The notes below the pieces were generated by a model that was not told the DNA's origin, made no database searches, and saw only the letters and a list, made by a program, of their open reading frames with translations. Shown here piece by piece: positions 42,264-49,909 of a stretch of DNA of 49,909 bases. Location of the stretch: NCBI GenBank assembly GCA_027346425.1, contig DAIESF010000079.1, positions 1-49,909 on the forward strand. The letters run 5' to 3'. A program made the position numbers and the translations under genes. Source of the stretch: Gemmatimonadota bacterium (GTDB lineage Bacteria > Gemmatimonadota > Gemmatimonadetes > Gemmatimonadales > Gemmatimonadaceae). Positions within the stretch are counted from its first letter, which is position 1. Each line of letters begins with the position of its first letter.

Positions 42264-45200
42264 TCACCCCTTGCCACGCCGCAGCTCGGCGATTCGCTCT
42301 CGCGCCTTGCGTACCTTGGGCTGCAGCTCGGGCTCGGCATCCTTCCACAGGTCGACGAAGCGCTGGTAATAGTGCTCGGCCTTCGCCGTGTCGCCCTTGG
42401 CGTCGTAGAGTTCGCCGATGCGCTTGAAGGTCCCGGCGATGATGTTCGACTCGGTTTCCAGGTCGGACAGGGGGTGCTCGGCGAATCGCTCGTAGTACAC
42501 GAGAGCGGAGTCCGCCTGCCCGTCGAGATCGAAGGCGTCGCCGATGACGTAATTCGTGTAGCGCTCGCTCCGGTAGTATGCGCGTCGCGACTGCTGATAC
42601 TCGGCGATGGCGTCCTTGTATCGTCCCTCGGTGCGAGCGATGAGCGCGCGGAACCATGCATCGCGCCCCGCCGGATGGCCGGCGGCCGCCGAGTCACGCC
42701 GCGCCCCCGCCAACGCCGCGCGGGCCATCGATGCGTCTCCGAGGTGCATCGCGACTTCGCCGATGTAGTCCCACGGTCGTTCCGACGGGTCCAGCGACTC
42801 GAGCGGGATGCGGGCGATGGCGCGGTCGTAGAGCACACGCGCGCGCTTGCGGTCTTCGTGAAACAGCGCGGTCACGAACGTCGAGTCGAGTCCGGCCATG
42901 AGCTCGGGGGTCTTCGGGCCTCCGCCCTGGAGCGCCGCCTGGTTGCCCAGCGCGAGCCAGCGCAGCCCCTCCATGGGCTTCCCCCTCGTGAAGGCGATGG
43001 TACCGGCGTAGTACGAACTCTGGTCACGTTGCGCACCGCTGCGCGCGTCCCGATAGGCTCGCTCGGCGATGGCACTCGCGCTGTCGAGCTCTCCCTTCGC
43101 AGCGGCGATAGCGGCCTCGCCGGCCCAGTGAGTCGCGTTGGAGGGAAGTCGCCGCTTGAATTCCTGCTGCGTGCGCCTCGCGCCGGTTGTGTCTCCGATG
43201 GACACGTACGCTTGCACGAGATTCGTGAACGCCCCGCCGAACGGGCGAGGGACTCGCGTGGCCCGTTCCAGTGTGGCGATCCCCTTCTTGGTGTCGCCGA
43301 CCCTCCCGTACAGCGTCGACACGTTGTTGAGCGCCGCCTGGTTGGAGGAATCGCGCGCCACCAGCGCCTCGTAGGCGGCGATGGCGCGATTCACGTCTGG
43401 GTCGGGGCCGTACGTCCAGTAGCTCCCCTCCGTGAGGAGTCGCTCGTTCTCGCTCAGCCGGTCGCGATGTGCATACGCGTTCATGATCGCCCGCAACTGT
43501 TCTTCGCGTCCGCGCCCGGACCCCACCCACGACGAAGCCAGCCGGCGCCAGGCCATCGCGAAGGTGGAGTCGAGCGCCACCGCCTCGCGCAGGAGTCCCT
43601 GCCCGCGCTCGGCATCGCCGAGTGAGGAGAGCACGTCGGATGCCTCGACGTACTTGCGAAGCGCGGGGAGCGACGACGTGGTCACGCGCTCCAGCGATTG
43701 CGCCTGGCGGATGTCGCGCAGCGATTCGCCGACCTTCTGGCGCACGTCGTGCGACAGTCGCCCGAGGGCGGCGATCAGCTCGGCGTCGTCCTTTGCCGTC
43801 TCGCGGAACGTGGCCAGTTCACTTCCATCGAGCGAGGCCACGAGGCGCGCCGAGACGACGTAGCTGGGGCCGAGCTTGTCGATCGCGCCATCGAGGACCG
43901 CCTTGGCCCCCTCGCGGGTGGCGATCTCTCGCGCGGCGTCAAACTCTACCGCCTGCGCCTCGCTCCGTCCCATCAGCCGCAACGCCTCGCGCAGCGCCGC
44001 GCGCGTCATCACGCTCAGGTTCTTCGACTGCGCCAAGTCGGTCCGGATCGCCTCGGCGACGGTGGCGCCGAGGGTCGAGTCGCCGTTCGGGGGACGGAAG
44101 TCGGCCACGACCAGCGTCTCGCGATCGCCGAACGCGCCAGCGCCACGCAGCGACCCCATCGGCCCGATCCCGAGGGCGCGCAGGACCATGAAAGCGACGA
44201 TGAACGTGGCGAAACTCCCCGCAGCGATCGCGCCGCCCATCCAGGTGCGCCGCCAGGACACGTGCGGCGCCGCCTTGACCGCGATAGTCGCCAGCGTCCC
44301 CTGCGGCACAATGCTCCCGCCGGGCGTGAGCGTCGGGGTGCTGACCAGCACCCGATGCGAAGTGCGCTGCACGTACCAGGTTCCGAGCACGGCCGGAAGT
44401 CCCGCGAGCATCACCCCGATTGCGCCGGGAAAGGCCCAGTCGGGGAGCCCGATGGTCCGCGTCGCCGCCCACGCGGTGACGCCAACCAGCGCGGTCGCCC
44501 CGCCCCAGACGGCGAGGGCGCGTCCGAGCCGCATCTGCGGTCCACGCAGCGCCTCGGGGACGACTCCACCCCCGGTCGAACTGACAGAATCAAGGACGCG
44601 CACCAGTTCGCTCGCCCCCGCCGGGCGATCGACCGCTTCCTTGGCCAGGCAGCGCATGATGACGTCGGCGAGGGCCGGCGGCGTGTCGGGGCGAAGCTCG
44701 CGCACGTCACGCGGCGTCTCGCTGAAGTGTGCGGCGATGAGGCGTGCCTGCGAGTCGGCGACGAACGGCGGACGCCCCGCCAGCAGCTCGTACGCCATCG
44801 CCGCGAAGGCGTACAGGTCGGCCCGATGATCGAGCGCCTGGTCTCCGGCTGCCTGCTCTGGCGCCATGTACGCCGGGGTCCCGATCGCCGTCCCGGCAAC
44901 CGTCAACGTCGCCCCGCCGGGGGCCATCGTGCGGGCGGCGGTGAGCGCCTTGGCGATCCCGAAATCGGTGACCGTCGCGCTCGATCCGGCCAGGAGGACG
45001 TTGTCCGGCTTGATGTCGCGGTGCACCACCCCGTGCGCATGCGCGAACTCGAGCGCGCGCGCCACATCGCGGAGGATCGCCGTGATCTCTCCCAGCGAGA
45101 GCGGACCGCGCGACAGTCGCTGGCGGAGCGAATCGCCCTCGACGTAGGGCATGGTGAACCACGGGAGCCCGTTGGCGTCGCCGGTAGAGAGCACAGGGAC

Positions 45201-45425
45201 GACGTGCGGATGCTGGAGCGCCGCGGCGAGGAGGACCTCGCGCTTGAACCGCTCGACGGAGATCCCGGCGAGCAACTCGGGCGCCAGCACCTTGACCACC
45301 ACTCGGCGGTTGAGCGCGCGTTCGGTCGCGACGAAGGTCCGCGACATCCCGCCGCCCCCCAGCTCGCGCTCCAGCGTGTAGGCGCTCCCGAGCGCCGCCT
45401 GCAGTTCGGTCTGCAACTCGCTCAC
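42264..45425 (-). CDS. Ser/Thr protein kinase with transmembrane segments and a long periplasmic/TPR C-terminal region
   Basis: 'HRDIKPDNVLL', 'DFGIAK' and 'GTPAYMAPEQ' are Hanks-type motifs. Two or more hydrophobic helices follow. TPR-like repeats run to the C-terminus. GTG start at 45425. Confidence 0.9.
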   Translation of the reverse strand: MSELQTELQAALGSAYTLERELGGGGMSRTFVATERALNRRVVVKVLAPELLAGISVERFKREVLLAAALQHPHVVPVLSTGDANGLPWFTMPYVEGDSLRQRLSRGPLSLGEITAILRDVARALEFAHAHGVVHRDIKPDNVLLAGSSATVTDFGIAKALTAARTMAPGGATLTVAGTAIGTPAYMAPEQAAGDQALDHRADLYAFAAMAYELLAGRPPFVADSQARLIAAHFSETPRDVRELRPDTPPALADVIMRCLAKEAVDRPAGASELVRVLDSVSSTGGGVVPEALRGPQMRLGRALAVWGGATALVGVTAWAATRTIGLPDWAFPGAIGVMLAGLPAVLGTWYVQRTSHRVLVSTPTLTPGGSIVPQGTLATIAVKAAPHVSWRRTWMGGAIAAGSFATFIVAFMVLRALGIGPMGSLRGAGAFGDRETLVVADFRPPNGDSTLGATVAEAIRTDLAQSKNLSVMTRAALREALRLMGRSEAQAVEFDAAREIATREGAKAVLDGAIDKLGPSYVVSARLVASLDGSELATFRETAKDDAELIAALGRLSHDVRQKVGESLRDIRQAQSLERVTTSSLPALRKYVEASDVLSSLGDAERGQGLLREAVALDSTFAMAWRRLASSWVGSGRGREEQLRAIMNAYAHRDRLSENERLLTEGSYWTYGPDPDVNRAIAAYEALVARDSSNQAALNNVSTLYGRVGDTKKGIATLERATRVPRPFGGAFTNLVQAYVSIGDTTGARRTQQEFKRRLPSNATHWAGEAAIAAAKGELDSASAIAERAYRDARSGAQRDQSSYYAGTIAFTRGKPMEGLRWLALGNQAALQGGGPKTPELMAGLDSTFVTALFHEDRKRARVLYDRAIARIPLESLDPSERPWDYIGEVAMHLGDASMARAALAGARRDSAAAGHPAGRDAWFRALIARTEGRYKDAIAEYQQSRRAYYRSERYTNYVIGDAFDLDGQADSALVYYERFAEHPLSDLETESNIIAGTFKRIGELYDAKGDTAKAEHYYQRFVDLWKDAEPELQPKVRKARERIAELRRGKG

Positions 45426-45625
45426 GTCGGACCGGCTCCCCCGTTCAGGCCGGCGGAACGTAGGGGGCGGACACGCGGGACGCCAGCACGCGCGTCACCC
45501 CCATCCCCCCGACACGCCCCCCTGCGCCGCCCCGCGCCCCGCCCCGCTTCCCCCTGCCGATTCCAACCCGTAGCCTCCAGCACCAACGCACCGCTGCCCC
45601 ACGCTCTCCCCCCACCCGGGCGCCC

Positions 45626-48079
45626 ATGCCCCCACGTCTTCTCTTCTTCTCGTCTTCTCGTCTTCTGACCCTGTCGCTCGCGCTGCTAGCCGCGACGCCA
45701 GCGACGCCCAAGGCGCAGCAATTCCTGCGACCGAGCGACATCAACGCCCTCCCCAGCAAGCCGGCCGACGCCCGCATCCCCTACGGCCCCGACTCGCTCC
45801 AGTTCGGAGACCTCCGCCTGCCTAACGGGAAGGGACCGTTCGCCGTCGCCATCGTGATCCATGGCGGCTGCTGGGTGCACGCCTATGCCGCGGCCCAGAA
45901 CTCGGCCGCGCTCGCCGATGCGCTGCGCGACGCCGGCATCGCCACCTGGAACATCGAGTACCGCCGGCGCGACAACCCGGGGGGCGGGTGGCCCGGAACC
46001 TTCCTCGACGTCGCCGCCGCCGCCGACTCGCTGCGTTCGCTCGCCAAGCGCTACCCACTCGACCTCACCCGCGTGGTGGCGGTCGGTCACTCCGCGGGAG
46101 GACAGCTTGGGCTCTGGCTCGCCGCCCGTCGCAAGATCCCCTCCAGCTCCCCACTCGCCGCGAACGATCCGCTCCCCCTCGCCGGCGTCGTCGCACTCGG
46201 CGCCCCCGGCGACCTGCGCGACTTCAACAGCTATGGCGACGCGATGTGCGGCGAGGGGACGATCCCCAAGCTCCTCGGCGGAAGCTACGACCAGGTCCCC
46301 GATCGCTGGCGCGACGCCTCCCCGAGTTCGTTTCTCCCGTTAGGCGTTCCGCAGGTGATGCTGGCCGGCGACGCCGATCGCATCATGCCCCGCAAGAACC
46401 TCGAGGCGTGGGCCACTGCCGCTCGCGCCACAGGTGACAGGGTGGACGTGGTCGTCGTCCCCAATGCCGCCCACCACGAGGTAATGTCACCACGGAGCGT
46501 CACCTGGCCCTACGTGCGGGATGCGGTGTTGCGCACCGCGCAGGTGACGTTGCCGAGCGCACAATCCAGTGAGCGCTGGTGGAACGATGTCCAGCGTCTC
46601 AGCGCCGACTCCATGAAAGGGCGCCAGACCGGAAGTCGCGAACACCGCCAGGCCGCCGAGTACACCGCCGCCGCTTTCAAGGATGCCGGGCTCAAGCCGG
46701 CCGGGACGAAGGGGTACTTCCAGCCGGTGCACTTCATCTCGCGCACCATCGACGAGTCGAAGTCGTCGCTCACCCTCATTCGCGACGGCAGGGAGGAGAC
46801 GCTGGTATTGGGCGAGGACGCCAGCTTCATCCTGCGCGCCCCGCTTGCCGAGTCGGTCGAGGCCCCGGTGGTCTTCGCGGGCTACGGCTTGCACCTGCCG
46901 GAGTACGGGGTGGACGACCTGGCCGGGATCGATGTGAAGGGAAAGATCGTCGCCTACATTACCACTATGCCCAAGGGGGTCCCCGGCCCCGTCGTCTCGC
47001 ACTCGCGCGCCCAGGCGTGGGAAACGCTGCGTGCCGCCGGGGCGGTGGGGGTGATCACCTTCGCCGGGTCGCCGGCGAACGACGGCGCCTTCATCAGGGG
47101 GAGCGCCAACCGGCTTGCACCGCAGATGACGCTGGAGGAACCATCGCTCGATTCGCAGCGCGGTAACCGTCTCGCCGTCAGCTTCAACGTGGCCAGAGCC
47201 GCCAAGCTCTTCGCCGGCGCCGCCGAACAATTCGCCGCCATCGCCGCCCGCGCCGACTCGGGGCTCCCGCTCCCGCACTTCGCCCTTCCGGTTCGCCTGC
47301 GCTCGCATGTCTCCCTCGTCACCAGCACGGTCACTTCCGACAACGTCGTCGGACTCCTCCCCGGAAGCGATCCCACACTGCGCAACGAGTATGTCGTCAT
47401 CTCCGCCCACCTCGACCACGTCGGGATCGGTCGCGTGGTGAACGGCGACAGCATCTACAACGGCGCAATGGACAATGCTTCCGGGACCGCCCTCCTCATG
47501 GAGGTCGCCCGCCGGCTGCACGAAGGGAAGGTGAAGCCGCGCCGCTCCCTCCTCTTTACTGCGGTCACCGCCGAGGAGAAGGGGCTGCTTGGCTCTCGCT
47601 ACTTCGCCAATCACCCCACCGTCCCGGCGTCTCGCATCGTCGCCGACCTCAATACCGACATGTTCATGCCCATCGTCCCCTTCACGATGGTGATGGTGAA
47701 CGGGCTCGAGGAGTCGAACCTGGCCGACGACGCGCGCAAGGCCGGGGAGATGATCGGGGTGAAGGTCGTGAGCGACCCCGAGCCCGAGGAGAACCGCTTC
47801 ATCCGCAGCGACCAATACTCGTTCATCCTGCGCGGCATCCCGTCGCTCTCCTTCAAGGTGGGCTTCGCCCTCAACACGCCGGAGCACGAGGCGGTGAAGG
47901 AGTTCAGGGCGAAGCGCTATCACTTCCCGCGGGACGACGTGAGCCAGCATGTGGACCAGGCGACTGCCGAGGGATTCACGCGGTACTATGTCGAGGTGGT
48001 GAAGCGGGTCGCCGACCGCGACGTGAGAGCGCGCTGGAACGACGACTCGTTCTTCAAGCGACTGGCTCGCAAACGGTAA
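45626..48079 (+). CDS. Secreted fusion protein: alpha/beta-hydrolase (esterase-like) + PA domain + M28 aminopeptidase
   Basis: Signal MPPRLLFFSSSRLLTLSLALLAATPATPKAQQ. 'IVIHGGCW...VVAVGHSAGGQLGLW' is a Ser-hydrolase nucleophile elbow. 'VISAHLDHVG...NGAMDNASGTALLMEVA...FTAVTAEEKGLLGSRYF' are M28 zinc ligands. Confidence 0.85.
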   Translation: MPPRLLFFSSSRLLTLSLALLAATPATPKAQQFLRPSDINALPSKPADARIPYGPDSLQFGDLRLPNGKGPFAVAIVIHGGCWVHAYAAAQNSAALADALRDAGIATWNIEYRRRDNPGGGWPGTFLDVAAAADSLRSLAKRYPLDLTRVVAVGHSAGGQLGLWLAARRKIPSSSPLAANDPLPLAGVVALGAPGDLRDFNSYGDAMCGEGTIPKLLGGSYDQVPDRWRDASPSSFLPLGVPQVMLAGDADRIMPRKNLEAWATAARATGDRVDVVVVPNAAHHEVMSPRSVTWPYVRDAVLRTAQVTLPSAQSSERWWNDVQRLSADSMKGRQTGSREHRQAAEYTAAAFKDAGLKPAGTKGYFQPVHFISRTIDESKSSLTLIRDGREETLVLGEDASFILRAPLAESVEAPVVFAGYGLHLPEYGVDDLAGIDVKGKIVAYITTMPKGVPGPVVSHSRAQAWETLRAAGAVGVITFAGSPANDGAFIRGSANRLAPQMTLEEPSLDSQRGNRLAVSFNVARAAKLFAGAAEQFAAIAARADSGLPLPHFALPVRLRSHVSLVTSTVTSDNVVGLLPGSDPTLRNEYVVISAHLDHVGIGRVVNGDSIYNGAMDNASGTALLMEVARRLHEGKVKPRRSLLFTAVTAEEKGLLGSRYFANHPTVPASRIVADLNTDMFMPIVPFTMVMVNGLEESNLADDARKAGEMIGVKVVSDPEPEENRFIRSDQYSFILRGIPSLSFKVGFALNTPEHEAVKEFRAKRYHFPRDDVSQHVDQATAEGFTRYYVEVVKRVADRDVRARWNDDSFFKRLARKR
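45631..45670 (+). repeat. Octamer array F (cccacgtc ttctcttc ttctcgtc ttctcgtc ttctgacc), coding
   Basis: Lies in codons 3-15 of the hydrolase-M28 gene and encodes RLLFFSSSRLLT. Confidence 0.9.
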
Positions 48080-48115
48080 CCGCAGGCGCTAACCACAGGC
48101 GGCAACCGCGCGTAT
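48077..48115 (+). repeat. 13-bp imperfect tandem array starting at the stop codon
   Basis: taaccgcaggcgc taaccacaggcgg caaccgcgcgtat. The first unit begins with the TAA stop of the hydrolase-M28 gene. Confidence 0.55.
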
Positions 48116-48233
48116 GCGACGCCCGTTGCAGGTGACCGCGCGCACGGCGCATTCGCTGGTGTACGACCGCTAATCTTCCGCCTTCCCGCTGCCGAGACTC
48201 ACCCGTGCACTCGGCGACTGCGGGGAGACGGAG

Positions 48234-49670
48234 ATGGCCAGCGAAGACCGGATCGAATACGCGCGCGCCCTCTCGCGCCTCATCGAGGCGTGCGCGGGGG
48301 CATTGCCCGGCTCCACTGCCGTCGATGCGGCGGCGCGCGACGCCGAGAACCGGTCACGCCGCCAGGCGCTTGCGCTGGAGATCGACGGTGACACGCTGCG
48401 CGTCGACGGCGACGCCCCGATTCCGTTCGAGACGATGGGGACGGAGGCGCTGGTGGCCACGCTCCTCGCCCACGACGTCGGACGCCTGTCGATCCGGCAG
48501 CTCACCCCGGCGCGCGAACTCATCGAGGTCGCCCGCCTGATGATCGCGGCGCCTGTCGACGCGATGCAAGGGCGTGCGATCGAGGAGGCGGCCACGCACC
48601 TTGGCCTCTGGAACGTCGAGTTCGTCGGGGTGGCGAGCCTCGACGCCGAGCCCGTCACTGCCTCGCTCCCTCCCGACCTGGTCGCCTCGCTGCGCGATGA
48701 CGCGGAGTACGCCGTGGCCGAGGCCGCGCTCGCCAGGCTGGCCACGCGTGGAGAGCAGGCCATCGAGCAAGGCGACGCGCGCACCGTCGCCGCCGTCCTG
48801 GTGGCGATGGACAGCTTCGAGCGCAGCAGCCGGCACGACGACCTGCGCCACACCAGTGCGCTGGCGATGAAGCGCCTCATCTCCCCCATGGCCTTGCGGC
48901 TGACGGCACAGCTCCTCCCTTCCGCGCGTCGCCGCGAGTCGATCGTCGCCGTACTGTCGCGGGCGGAGGATGTGGGCGCCGAGGCGCTCTTCGCGCACCT
49001 CGCGGCGGCGCAGGAGATGCGCGAGCGGCGCGCATACTTCGACGCCATGGTAGCCCTGGGCGCCGGCGTGGCGATGCTTCGCGCCGCACTCGACGACGAA
49101 CAGTGGTACGTGGCACGCAACGCCGCCGAGTTGCTGGGCGAGATGCGCGTAGACGGGGTGGAGGGGGCGCTGGCCGTCATGCTCAAGGCGCCCGACGAGC
49201 GCCGGCGCATCGCCGCCGCCTCGGCGCTGGCCCGGCTCCGCACCCCTGATGCGCTCGAGGCTCTGCACGAGGCGGTGAACGACCCTTCGGCGCAGGTGCG
49301 CTACTTTGCCACCACCGCCCTCATCGCGCGCATGGACGGGGCCTCGGCGAGCCAGCTCAGCGCGCAGCTGGAGGCGGAGGGGGACTTCGAAGTGAAGTTG
49401 CAGATCATCGCCGCCCTCGGGCGCCTGGGAACTCCCGACGCGGTGCAGAAGCTCATCCGGACGTTGTCGCCGAGCCAAACCGTGCGCAGCAGCGTCCCGA
49501 TGACGAGCGAGTTTCGTTGCGCGGCCATCGAGGCCGTAGCCGAGGCGCGGGGGGCGGCGGCGCTCACCTTCATCTCGGCGCTGCGGAAGGACCGCGACGC
49601 GCGGGTGGCGGAGACGGCGCGACGGGTCTACGCGAAGCTGGCGAGCGGGGGGACGCGGGCGGCGTCCTAG
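48234..49670 (+). CDS. HEAT-repeat domain protein
   Basis: Repeated 'A..ALG.LG.P.A...L...L.D....VR..A..AL' helices, e.g. 'PDALEALHEAVNDPSAQVRYFATTAL' and 'ALGRLGTPDAVQKLIRTL'. The antisense S/A/R-rich ORF was rejected. Confidence 0.75.
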   Translation: MASEDRIEYARALSRLIEACAGALPGSTAVDAAARDAENRSRRQALALEIDGDTLRVDGDAPIPFETMGTEALVATLLAHDVGRLSIRQLTPARELIEVARLMIAAPVDAMQGRAIEEAATHLGLWNVEFVGVASLDAEPVTASLPPDLVASLRDDAEYAVAEAALARLATRGEQAIEQGDARTVAAVLVAMDSFERSSRHDDLRHTSALAMKRLISPMALRLTAQLLPSARRRESIVAVLSRAEDVGAEALFAHLAAAQEMRERRAYFDAMVALGAGVAMLRAALDDEQWYVARNAAELLGEMRVDGVEGALAVMLKAPDERRRIAAASALARLRTPDALEALHEAVNDPSAQVRYFATTALIARMDGASASQLSAQLEAEGDFEVKLQIIAALGRLGTPDAVQKLIRTLSPSQTVRSSVPMTSEFRCAAIEAVAEARGAAALTFISALRKDRDARVAETARRVYAKLASGGTRAAS

Positions 49671-49909
49671 GAGGTGAGGGCCGGCACGGGGGTGATGGGC
49701 AGGCTCACCACCAGGTCACCGGACTGCGTCTCGACCCGTCCGCCGTGGGCGCGGACCACGCGCACGGCCAGGGTGGTGGCCTCGCCAGGCTGGGGCGCGG
49801 GCGCCCCTCGCACCGCCAGCTGCACACCGTGCCGGTCATGCGTCGCGGCGATCGCGATCGTTCCGCCGTGTGGCGCCTGGCGCACGGCGTCGAAGAGGAG
49901 GACGGAGAT
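49667..49909 (-). CDS. C-terminal end of a sensor-histidine-kinase-like protein (ATPase-domain tail); 5' end outside the window
   Basis: The frame is open to the window edge. '...APHGGTIAIAATHDRHGVQLAVRG...VRVVRAHGGRVETQSGDLVVSLPI' resembles the end of an HATPase_c domain. G-boxes are not clearly visible in the part available. Confidence 0.45.
   Translation of the reverse strand: MSVLLFDAVRQAPHGGTIAIAATHDRHGVQLAVRGAPAPQPGEATTLAVRVVRAHGGRVETQSGDLVVSLPITPVPALTS

Noticed and set aside
10287-45670. Whether the 8-, 9- and 11-bp arrays could be CRISPR arrays
   Set aside because: The units are directly adjacent with no spacers and are far shorter than CRISPR repeats. No cas genes are present.
3605-47950. 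Many long ORFs antisense to or overlapping the called genes, e.g. 3605..4618 +, 10687..12015 +, 21421..23040 -, 29014..30198 -, 35421..36368 -, 39012..40154 -, 43698..45668 +, 46487..47950 -
   Set aside because: These are typical shadow ORFs of about 70% GC DNA. They are Arg/Ala/Gly/Pro-rich, have no recognisable motifs, and each lies opposite a gene with clear family signatures and better GC3 bias.
48170-49243. 357-aa minus-strand ORF opposite the HEAT-repeat gene
   Set aside because: Its composition is extreme in Ser/Ala/Arg and shows no motifs. The plus-strand frame shows regular HEAT-like helices and is preferred.
49665-49672. Convergent HEAT-repeat and kinase-like genes share overlapping stop codons within the palindrome CCTAGG
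   Set aside because: The overlap is real, but it is a trivial consequence of TAG/CTA complementarity. No functional implication can be supported.
1-49909. tRNA, rRNA or other canonical RNA genes
   Set aside because: The non-coding gaps are short, and the longest is 317 bp. None shows a cloverleaf-compatible arrangement or rRNA-like conserved blocks that I can recognise.

Overview
This is a 49.9-kb segment of a very GC-rich bacterial chromosome. Hand counts on sample 60-nt lines give 43-46/60 G+C in typical genes. The gene content includes CarboxypepD_reg-type TonB-dependent barrels, a DUF5916/CBM9 outer-membrane protein, a Ser/Thr kinase with a TPR tail and many exported metallopeptidases. 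That resembles a Gemmatimonadota/Acidobacteriota-type soil bacterium, but the taxon is only a guess. I support about 37 protein-coding genes and found no tRNA, rRNA, CRISPR array, transposase or integrase.

Genes in order:
- partial EamA permease
- a lower-GC type II restriction-modification cassette (gamma-class N6A methyltransferase plus a PD-(D/E)xK-like nuclease)
- secreted M20 peptidase, DUF4097 protein, Hsp20, DUF6702-like protein
- TonB-dependent receptor and a beta-hydroxyacid-dehydrogenase-like oxidoreductase
- an M1 metallopeptidase interrupted by a single in-frame TAA
- HupE/UreJ permease
- a ~1260-aa TonB-dependent-like barrel with a C-terminal Gly-rich linker and an LTxxQ (Spy/CpxP-like) module
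- di-haem peroxidase and a lipoprotein
- a NamZ-like DUF1343 gene translationally coupled to cydAB
- M20D amidohydrolase, M24 peptidase, GH20 hexosaminidase
- a BlaI/BlaR1-like pair followed by an M23 peptidase
- fatty-acid-hydroxylase-family protein, M20 carbamoylase-like hydrolase, MarR
- DUF5916 protein, amidase, M29-like aminopeptidase, M20 peptidase
- Ser/Thr kinase, alpha/beta-hydrolase-PA-M28 fusion, HEAT-repeat protein
- the 3' end of a histidine-kinase-like gene

The most unusual signal is not a gene. A family of short tandem arrays sits exactly at gene boundaries. It is dominated by six copies of an octanucleotide array, (TTCTCGTC)n. Four copies are intergenic, and two are translated as the signal-peptide core (FSSSRLL) of two unrelated secreted peptidases. 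Further 7-, 9-, 10-, 11- and 13-bp arrays fill other gaps next to start or stop codons.

No database search could be run. All family calls rest on motifs recognised in the translations.
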